From assembly GCA_000433455.1 (NCBI GenBank), contig HF992497.1, positions 5,809 to 69,808 of the forward strand: 64,000 bases of DNA, written 5' to 3'. The notes under the pieces are model-generated. The model searched no databases. It worked only from the letters and a program-made list of their open reading frames with translations, and was not told where the DNA came from. Positions 56,661 through 64,000 of this stretch are shown here, one piece after another; position 1 is the first letter of the stretch; each line of letters starts with the position of its first letter. Made by a program: the position numbers and the translations under genes. This DNA comes from Mycoplasma sp. CAG:877. Lineage in GTDB: Bacteria > Bacillota_I > Bacilli_A > RF39 > UBA660.

Positions 56661-58469
56661 CTAAAGTACAACTAATAAAATAAATACTATTAATAATACT
56701 GCTAAAATTTCTAATAATAATTTCCAAATAGTTTTAATCCACTTAGTATATGGAATATCTAAGTATGATAATACAACCATTAAGATTACACTAGTTGGTG
56801 CAAATAACATTGTAAATCCATACATAGCTTGGAAAATAACTCCAATTACTGGATAAACTGTATTATCAGTAACAACACTTGCTAAATATAGAAGTACACT
56901 TTGGAAAGTATAACTTGGATCAACATTAAATATACTTGCTAACATAGCACATAATGAAGACATTAATGCTCCAACAAATCCAAACTTATCAATTACACCT
57001 AGTAATGTTTTATAAATAACTAATTGGAATGGATGATATGTAACAATTACTAAGCAAGCATATAGTAAAACTACTATTAAACCTAAAGGTAAAGCTTTCT
57101 TAATACCAGCTAATGCACCATCTAATACATCTTGAACTTTAACTTTATAAACTAAAGCTAAGAATAAAATAATGATAGCCATTGGTAATAACATATCTAC
57201 AACAGTCCAATTACCAAATGAATTTATTGTACCTAATAACTTACCAAAGATTGGGAATCCAAATAATTCAAATTCAGAAACAGCATTAGTAGCATCAGTA
57301 AATGCATTAACACCAAAGCCATTAACCCAAGGTAAATAAGCTAAAACTAATAATACAAAGAATAATATAAACATTAAAGTAAATGGCCAAATATTATGTT
57401 GAGTAGAAACTTCACTAGGTACTAACTTAGTTAATGCATCTCCTCCATTAACAGCCTCTTTAACTACTATAACTTCTTCATCCTTTACAGCTGCTTTAAT
57501 ATTTTTTCTAGATGAAGACTTAGTATTCTTCTTTGTTCCATTTTTAGAGTTACTCTTAGAACCCTTATTTGATTTAGAAGTAGCTTTAGTTGTCTTTGTA
57601 GACTTAGTAGTCTTCTCTTCTTTAACAACCTTAGTCTCCTTTACTTCTAATTTCTTATCTTCTTTTTCCATATTCTTCTTTGAATCCTTAGTAATAACTT
57701 TAGTAACTGAATCAGTCTTCTTAATATATAACAATATATTAGCAATTAATAAAACTAATCCTAAAACTAAAATAACAACTTTAGTAATCATTTCAGAAGT
57801 AAGATCAATAGATAAAATAGTTAAAATTATATTAGTATTACCATAAGCATAAGTAGAACCAGCCATACCAATCATAACTGAACCAACTAATGACATAGCA
57901 GCAACCATCTTATCAAATCCCATTAATAAGATTATTGATACTAACATTGGAAATAATACAAGTAATGGTAATTGCATACCTCCAATTGAAGTTAGAACAG
58001 CAAGTAGTAATATAATAATTACTAATACAAATTTTTCTGTTCCACGTACCTTTGAAACAAATTTATCTAAGAAAGTACGATAAGCAGGAATCTTATTTAG
58101 TATGCCATAGAAAGCACCAATAGCTAACACAAAGAAAGCTATATAACCAAAATAAGAAAGTGCAGTCACTGGATAATTGAATAAATCAAATAATCCCATT
58201 TGTTGGTGACCTTGATCAATATATTGACCACTTGAATAAGAAGCAGCTGGCAATATCCAAGTAAGTAACATAAGTGCCAAAGTAGAAATTAGCACAACCT
58301 TAAGGCTTGTACTCTTATCACGTATAGCAATTAATACTAATACAAATTCTGCTACCCAAAGAACTAGTTTTACTATGTAAGCCCAGTCAGCATCAGGTAA
58401 AAACCAAGAAACAAGCATCAATAATGTTACAATCAATAAAACGATCGTTGAAATATTGTGTTTTTTCAT
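56661..58469 (-). CDS. Polytopic membrane transporter-like protein (YfcC/AbgT-like?) with a large Lys/Thr/Ser-rich loop insertion
   Basis: At least 10 TM segments. Central ~85 aa low-complexity insertion 'KKTDSVTKVITKDSKK...KSNKGSKSNSKNGTKKNTKSSSRKNIKAAVK'. Family assignment is tentative. Confidence 0.4.
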   Translation of the reverse strand: MKKHNISTIVLLIVTLLMLVSWFLPDADWAYIVKLVLWVAEFVLVLIAIRDKSTSLKVVLISTLALMLLTWILPAASYSSGQYIDQGHQQMGLFDLFNYPVTALSYFGYIAFFVLAIGAFYGILNKIPAYRTFLDKFVSKVRGTEKFVLVIIILLLAVLTSIGGMQLPLLVLFPMLVSIILLMGFDKMVAAMSLVGSVMIGMAGSTYAYGNTNIILTILSIDLTSEMITKVVILVLGLVLLIANILLYIKKTDSVTKVITKDSKKNMEKEDKKLEVKETKVVKEEKTTKSTKTTKATSKSNKGSKSNSKNGTKKNTKSSSRKNIKAAVKDEEVIVVKEAVNGGDALTKLVPSEVSTQHNIWPFTLMFILFFVLLVLAYLPWVNGFGVNAFTDATNAVSEFELFGFPIFGKLLGTINSFGNWTVVDMLLPMAIIILFLALVYKVKVQDVLDGALAGIKKALPLGLIVVLLYACLVIVTYHPFQLVIYKTLLGVIDKFGFVGALMSSLCAMLASIFNVDPSYTFQSVLLYLASVVTDNTVYPVIGVIFQAMYGFTMLFAPTSVILMVVLSYLDIPYTKWIKTIWKLLLEILAVLLIVFILLVVL

Positions 58470-58582
58470 AATTAACCTCCCACTATAATTATACTACATA
58501 CAACCCATTTTACAAGCATTTACAACGTTTTTAGCACAAAAAAGCGACTTTTTTAGCCGCATTTTTAAATTTATATTTAATT

Positions 58583-60064
58583 TTATCTTTGTTTCATAGT
58601 TGGGAATAGTAATACATCTCTAATAGAATCTTGTTCTAAGAATAACATACATAATCTATCTATTCCATAACCAATTCCACCAGCAGGAGGCATACCATAT
58701 TCTAATGCTTCTACAAAGTCCATATCAATATCATTAGCTTCTTCATTACCTAAATCTTTTTCTTTTATTTGAGCTTCAAATCTTTCTAATTGATCAATAG
58801 GATCATTTAACTCAGTATATGCATTAGCAAATTCTTTACCAGCAATAAATAATTCAAATCTATCAACAAATCTTGGATCTTCAGGATTCTTCTTTGTCAA
58901 TGGACTAATTTCAATTGGATGACCATATAAGAATGTTGGTTGAATTAAAGTTTCCTCAACATACTTTTCAAAGAATAAGTTAACAATATGTCCAAAACTC
59001 TTTTCATGTTCTTCAACTGGAATATGATGCTCTTCAGCTAATTTTAAAGCCTCTTCTAAACTCATATCCTTCTTAAAGTCAATACCAGTCTTTTCTTTAA
59101 TAGCTTCAACCATACTAACTCTCTTCCAAGGACCTTCTAAGTTAATTTCATGTCCTAACCAGTTAAATTTCAAACGACCAAATACTTCCCTACCAATAGT
59201 TTGGAACATCTCTTCAGTCATATCCATCATACCATCAAGATTACTATAAGCTAAATATGCTTCTAGTTCTGTAAATTCTGGATTATGTCTAGTATCCATA
59301 CCTTCATTTCTAAATACACGACCAATCTCATAAACAGCTTCCATACCACCAACTAATAATCTTTTTAATGGTAACTCTAAAGCAATACGTAAATACATAT
59401 CCAAGTCTTGTGCATTATGATGTGTAACAAATGGTCTAGCACTAGCACCAGTAAGTAATGTAGTTAATACTGGAGTTTCTACCTCAACAAATCCTAAACC
59501 ATCCATATAATTTTGAATACATCTAATAATTCTTGGTCTAGTAAACGCAACACGTCTAGATTCTTCATTCATTATTAAATCAACATAACGTCTTCTATAT
59601 CTTTCCTCAACATCAGTTAAACCATGGAACTTTTCTGGTAAAGGTCTTAATGCTTTAACTAAATGTACATACTTATTAGCTCTAATACTAAGTTCTCCAG
59701 TATCTGTTCTAAATACAGTACCTTCAATACCAACTATATCTCCAATATCAGACTTTTTAAATAAGTCATAATTTTCTTCTCCAACAGCATCTTCACGAAT
59801 ATAAATTTGTAATTGACCATATCTATCTTGAATATGGAAGAATCCTGCTTTACCCTTACGACGTTTAGTCATAATTCTACCAGCAACAACAAACTTCTCT
59901 TCGTTACCCTCTAAATCCTCTTTAGTCTTATCACTATACATCTCATTAAGTTTTTTTGAATTAGTATTAGTATCAAATCTATGTCCAAATGGATCCATAC
60001 CTAATGATCTGATTTCCTCTGCTTTTGCTCTTCTTACTAATTCTTGTTCTGTAAATTCTCTCAT
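58583..60064 (-). CDS. lysS: Lysine--tRNA ligase (class II)
   Basis: Typical LysRS sequence ('[19 protein letters not shown]', '[10 protein letters not shown]'). Confidence 0.92.
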   Translation of the reverse strand: MREFTEQELVRRAKAEEIRSLGMDPFGHRFDTNTNSKKLNEMYSDKTKEDLEGNEEKFVVAGRIMTKRRKGKAGFFHIQDRYGQLQIYIREDAVGEENYDLFKKSDIGDIVGIEGTVFRTDTGELSIRANKYVHLVKALRPLPEKFHGLTDVEERYRRRYVDLIMNEESRRVAFTRPRIIRCIQNYMDGLGFVEVETPVLTTLLTGASARPFVTHHNAQDLDMYLRIALELPLKRLLVGGMEAVYEIGRVFRNEGMDTRHNPEFTELEAYLAYSNLDGMMDMTEEMFQTIGREVFGRLKFNWLGHEINLEGPWKRVSMVEAIKEKTGIDFKKDMSLEEALKLAEEHHIPVEEHEKSFGHIVNLFFEKYVEETLIQPTFLYGHPIEISPLTKKNPEDPRFVDRFELFIAGKEFANAYTELNDPIDQLERFEAQIKEKDLGNEEANDIDMDFVEALEYGMPPAGGIGYGIDRLCMLFLEQDSIRDVLLFPTMKQR

Positions 60065-60079
60065 TATATCTCTCCTCTT

Positions 60080-60682
60080 CTAAGCTTTAACAACCATAGT
60101 ATGTGCAAGTCTATCATGCAATCCCATACCTGACTTACTCCACATAACCATAAATGCACAAGTTAATAATATACCATACTTAATAAAACCACAAATTGCA
60201 GTACTATAAAAATAAGCATTTATATCTCCAAATATTACAAAAGTTAAACTAATTAAATCAACTAAAACTGAATTGATAATTAAGGCTCTAATAACATAAT
60301 TATTAGTAGTTAACTTCTCATCATCAGAACTAACAACTTTAATTTTTAAAAGCTGTTTTCCAATAGTTTGACCCTGTCTTTTACATTGATAAACAACAAA
60401 GTATAAAATAGTCAATGTAATAGTAATTAAAGAACTAGCTCCTTGTTTTTTAGCAAGTTCATAAGTAACACTCTTTACCTCATCAGTATAAGTTTCAATA
60501 TCTATTTCATCATTAGTATATTTCTCAATCAACTCAGTAGCACTATCATTAAGTTTATTAATTGATTTACTATCTAAAAATGGATAAGAAATTAAAGATG
60601 CTATACATGAAACTAAAAATACATCAATAATAAATGCTCCTAGTCTATGTATAAATAAGGCTTTTTCATTCTTTTTCTTCAT
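60080..60682 (-). CDS. RDD-family membrane protein
   Basis: 'HRLGAFIIDVFLVSCIASLI' is an RDD-type start. Three TM segments. Start corrected to MKKKNEK. Confidence 0.4.
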   Translation of the reverse strand: MKKKNEKALFIHRLGAFIIDVFLVSCIASLISYPFLDSKSINKLNDSATELIEKYTNDEIDIETYTDEVKSVTYELAKKQGASSLITITLTILYFVVYQCKRQGQTIGKQLLKIKVVSSDDEKLTTNNYVIRALIINSVLVDLISLTFVIFGDINAYFYSTAICGFIKYGILLTCAFMVMWSKSGMGLHDRLAHTMVVKA

Positions 60683-61673
60683 ATTTTGAAGACAACTCCT
60701 CCCTAAATTCATTTAATATATTGATTATATCACAAACTTTAGTAGTTTTATATATTTTATTTTTTACATCATTTGCTCCATCTATTCCTTTTAAGTACCA
60801 AGCAATATGATTTCTAATCTCTAAACATGCTAACTTCTCACTTTTTAATTCACTTAAATACTCTAAATGTTTAAGTGCCATATCTATTTTATCTATATCA
60901 CTGACTAAAACTATGTCCCTACCTTCCAAATAATTAACTGAATTTTCTATTAACCAAGGATTACCTAAAACACCCCTGCCTATCATAACAGCATCACATA
61001 AAGTATCATCAAGCATTCGCTTCGCATCAAGATAAGTCTTAATATCACCATTACCAATAACAGGTATTAAAACACTATCTTTAACAGCCTTTATAACACT
61101 CCAGTCTGCCTTTCCAGAGTATCCTTGACTTCTTGTCCTAGGATGAACACAAATAGCGCTAGCACCAGCCTTTTCTATTGTCTTAGCAATCTCAACAGCA
61201 TTAATACTATTACTATCCCAACCAGATCTAATCTTAACCGTAACAGGAACATCTACTGCGCTAACTACAGCACTAACAATAGAATATACAAGGTCTGGAT
61301 TTTTTAACAGATAAGAACCTGCTTGAGCTCTAACCGCGACTTTAGGTACAGGACACCCCATATTAATATCAATAAAGACATTTTTATATAAGTCCGTAAC
61401 TATCTTAGCGGCACGAGCCATAACTGAAGGATCTCCTCCAAATAACTGAACACCTACTGGAAAAGATAAAGTATCAATACCATTCAACATCTCAAAAGTC
61501 TTCTTATTGCCCCTAACAATTGCCTCAGAACTAATAAGCTCCGTAACTGCAAACCCACATCCAAGCTCTGAAACAATCCTCATAAAAGCCGGATTAGAAA
61601 TACCAGCCATAGGTGCTAATCCTACTTGATTTTTAATCTCGATGGTTCCTATCTTCCATTTCACTACTATCAC
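60666..61673 (-). CDS. dusB: tRNA-dihydrouridine synthase
   Basis: 'LAPMAGISNPAFMRI', 'VDINMGCPVPKV' (catalytic Cys) and a TIM-barrel Dus family. Confidence 0.85.
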   Translation of the reverse strand: MIVVKWKIGTIEIKNQVGLAPMAGISNPAFMRIVSELGCGFAVTELISSEAIVRGNKKTFEMLNGIDTLSFPVGVQLFGGDPSVMARAAKIVTDLYKNVFIDINMGCPVPKVAVRAQAGSYLLKNPDLVYSIVSAVVSAVDVPVTVKIRSGWDSNSINAVEIAKTIEKAGASAICVHPRTRSQGYSGKADWSVIKAVKDSVLIPVIGNGDIKTYLDAKRMLDDTLCDAVMIGRGVLGNPWLIENSVNYLEGRDIVLVSDIDKIDMALKHLEYLSELKSEKLACLEIRNHIAWYLKGIDGANDVKNKIYKTTKVCDIINILNEFREELSSKYEEKE

Positions 61674-61687
61674 ATCCCAAAATAAGC

Positions 61688-62116
61688 CTATTTTCTCTTC
61701 TTTAATAAATCTCTAATCTCTTCTAATAATAAAGTGTTTTCATCCTTCTTAGGAGCTTCTTCCTTCTTAACTTCCTTCTTCTTAAATTTATCAAGTACTT
61801 TAATCATCATAAAAATACAAAATGCTACTATTAAAAAGTCAACTATACTTTGAATAAAAGATCCATACATAACAGTAGCATCTCCTACTTTAATACTTAA
61901 ATTAGAAAAATCAAGTCCTCCTAAAATAACTCCAATCAAAGGCATTAACACATCATTAACTAAACTAGTAACTATCTTTCCAAATGCAGAACCAATAATT
62001 ACACCAACAGCCATATCAACAACATTTCCCTTAGATATAAATGTCTTGAATTCTGATGCACCATTTTCTAATTTCTTAATACTTTCTTCACTCTTCTTAA
62101 TAACTTCTTTCTTCAT
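61688..62116 (-). CDS. mscL: Large-conductance mechanosensitive channel
   Basis: '[38 protein letters not shown]'. Confidence 0.88.
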   Translation of the reverse strand: MKKEVIKKSEESIKKLENGASEFKTFISKGNVVDMAVGVIIGSAFGKIVTSLVNDVLMPLIGVILGGLDFSNLSIKVGDATVMYGSFIQSIVDFLIVAFCIFMMIKVLDKFKKKEVKKEEAPKKDENTLLLEEIRDLLKKRK

Positions 62117-62194
62117 AAAAACTCCTCTCTAAAAAATATCTGATGTTGTTATTATAATATGAAATGAATAATTTTCAAGAAAAAAAGAACTAAA

Positions 62195-64000
62195 TTATGA
62201 ATCTAGTTCTTTTAATAATTCTGCTTTAGTTAATTTAGAATAGTTTTTAATACCCTTCTCTTTAGCAATTTCTCTTAACTTAGTAATAGACATTGCTTCA
62301 TAACTAGTCTCTTCATCTTCTTCAGGCATCTTTCCATTAGCAACTAAGTAATCAATTTGTTCTTTAGTTAATGTTTCATATTCCAATAATGCTTCAGCAA
62401 TTAGTTTTAATAAATCTTTATTTTGTTTAATTATCTCAGTAGCCTTCTTATGACAATTATCAATGATTTTTCTCATTTCCATATCTATTTCATTAGCAAC
62501 TTCGTTAGAGAAATGTTGCATCTTATTGTAATCTCTTCCTAAGAAAACACTACCTTCTTGTTGCTCAAATTGTAAAGGTCCTAAATCACTCATACCATAC
62601 TCAGTAACCATAGCACGAGCAATCTTAGTTGCTTTTTCAAAGTCATTATGAGCACCTGTTGTAATTTCTCCAAATACAACTTCTTCAGCTGTACGTCCAC
62701 CAAGTAGTCCAGTAATTTCTTCTAACAAGTCAGTCTTAGTAGAACATAACTTCTCAACTGATGGAACCATCATATTATATCCACCAGCAGATCCTCTTGG
62801 TATAATTGTAACTTTTTGTACATCGTTAGCATTAGCAAGTTTTAAGCCAACAACGGCATGTCCTGCTTCATGATATGCAACAAGTTTTCTATCACTTTCA
62901 CTATATTTATGAGATGTCTTAGCTGGTCCCATAAGTACTCTATCAGTAGCCTCATCTATCTCACTCATAGTGATTTTAGTTTTATTTCTTCTAACTGCAA
63001 GTAAAGCAGCTTCATTTAATAAGTTTTCAAGATCAGCTCCAGAAAAACCAGGAGTTCTCTTTGCTAAGTTCTCTAATGTAACACCTTCTGCTAAAGTCTT
63101 ATTCTTAGCATGTACTGCTAAAATCTCTTCTCTTTCTCTAACATCAGGTAAATTTACTGTAACTTGTCTATCAAATCTACCAGGTCTTAATAATGCAGGA
63201 TCTAATACATCAGGTCTATTTGTAGCAGCCATGATAATTATACCTTCATTAGCACCAAATCCATCCATCTCTGTAAGTAATTGGTTTAATGTTTGTTCTC
63301 TCTCATCATGTCCACCACCAAGTCCAGTACCTCTTTGACGTCCTACAGCATCAATTTCATCTATAAAGATTAAACATGGAGCATTACGTTTTGCTTGTTG
63401 GAACATATCACGAACACGACTGGCACCAACGCCAACAAATAACTCAACAAAGTCTGATCCAGAAATGAAATAAAAAGGAACATTAGCCTCTCCTGCAACC
63501 GCTTTAGCAAGTAAAGTTTTACCAGTTCCTGGAGGACCAAATAATAAGATACCCTTTGGAATTCTAGCTCCTAAACTTTGGAACTTCTTAGGATTCTTTA
63601 AGAAATCAATAATTTCTTTAACTTCTTCTTTCTCTTCTTTTAAACCAGCAACATCTTTAAATGTAACTTTATTATTATCACTACTTAAACGTGCCTTACT
63701 CTTACCAAAATCTAATGAACTCTTATTACCAGCAAGTTGTCTATTTAAAAACCAAAAAGCAACTCCTACTAATAAAACTAATGGTAATACATTAACAACA
63801 ACAAGTAATAATGTAGATGAATCAGGATCAGGTTCAACTTCTAATTTAAACTCTTGATTATCACTAGCAGCAACAATCTTTTTCATTACTTCATCACTTA
63901 AAGGTAATCTAGCAAAGAATGTTTCATTTTCTTTATAACCATCTAATTTACCTCTAGCCTCATAAGTATATCCACTTGCTCTAGCAACCAAATTCAACTC
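62195..64000 (-). CDS. ftsH: ATP-dependent zinc metalloprotease FtsH. The N-terminus lies beyond the window end.
   Basis: AAA motifs '[13 protein letters not shown]' and '[10 protein letters not shown]', SRH, and zinc site 'HEAGHAV'. The open frame continues past 63997. Confidence 0.9.
   Translation of the reverse strand, partial: ELNLVARASGYTYEARGKLDGYKENETFFARLPLSDEVMKKIVAASDNQEFKLEVEPDPDSSTLLLVVVNVLPLVLLVGVAFWFLNRQLAGNKSSLDFGKSKARLSSDNNKVTFKDVAGLKEEKEEVKEIIDFLKNPKKFQSLGARIPKGILLFGPPGTGKTLLAKAVAGEANVPFYFISGSDFVELFVGVGASRVRDMFQQAKRNAPCLIFIDEIDAVGRQRGTGLGGGHDEREQTLNQLLTEMDGFGANEGIIIMAATNRPDVLDPALLRPGRFDRQVTVNLPDVREREEILAVHAKNKTLAEGVTLENLAKRTPGFSGADLENLLNEAALLAVRRNKTKITMSEIDEATDRVLMGPAKTSHKYSESDRKLVAYHEAGHAVVGLKLANANDVQKVTIIPRGSAGGYNMMVPSVEKLCSTKTDLLEEITGLLGGRTAEEVVFGEITTGAHNDFEKATKIARAMVTEYGMSDLGPLQFEQQEGSVFLGRDYNKMQHFSNEVANEIDMEMRKIIDNCHKKATEIIKQNKDLLKLIAEALLEYETLTKEQIDYLVANGKMPEEDEETSYEAMSITKLREIAKEKGIKNYSKLTKAELLKELDS

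Overview
Very AT-rich chromosomal window from a low-GC Gram-positive bacterium with Bacillus-like gene order. Coat-F and SigH-like genes suggest a spore-former, possibly Erysipelotrichia or Clostridia; this is inference. It is dominated by a long minus-strand run of core housekeeping genes: cysS, mrnC, rlmB, a SigH-like sigma factor, secE, nusG, rplK, rplA, rplJ, rplL, a YbxB-like methyltransferase, rpoB, rpoC, rpsL, rpsG, fusA, tuf, murD, eno, proS with a T-box leader, secG, rnr, capA, smpB, tmRNA (ssrA), glyA, cdaA, cdaR, clpC, lysS, dusB, mscL and ftsH (partial). The ORF track often over-extends N-termini and uses GTG/TTG starts, so several starts are corrected to internal Met/Val with good Shine-Dalgarno spacing. 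Accessory-looking islands are: (i) a thioester-type (Cys...SQIMIW) and CnaB-like surface protein with a tiny sortase that has His and Cys but no downstream Arg. (ii) a secreted protein with a SipW-cognate-like (TasA/camelysin-class) signal peptide heading an operon of three polytopic membrane proteins plus an ABC ATPase, followed by a lipoprotein, a thioredoxin-fold-like anchored protein and a CtpA-type protease. (iii) a SigH-like sigma factor tightly coupled to a membrane-anchored kinase-like (degenerate HRD/DFG) protein at the position where yacP/rpmG normally sit. (iv) a DUF5684-like membrane protein inserted between rpsL and rpoC. No CRISPR array, transposase, integrase or obvious defence genes were seen. 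All family assignments are from motif recognition by eye; none were checked against databases.
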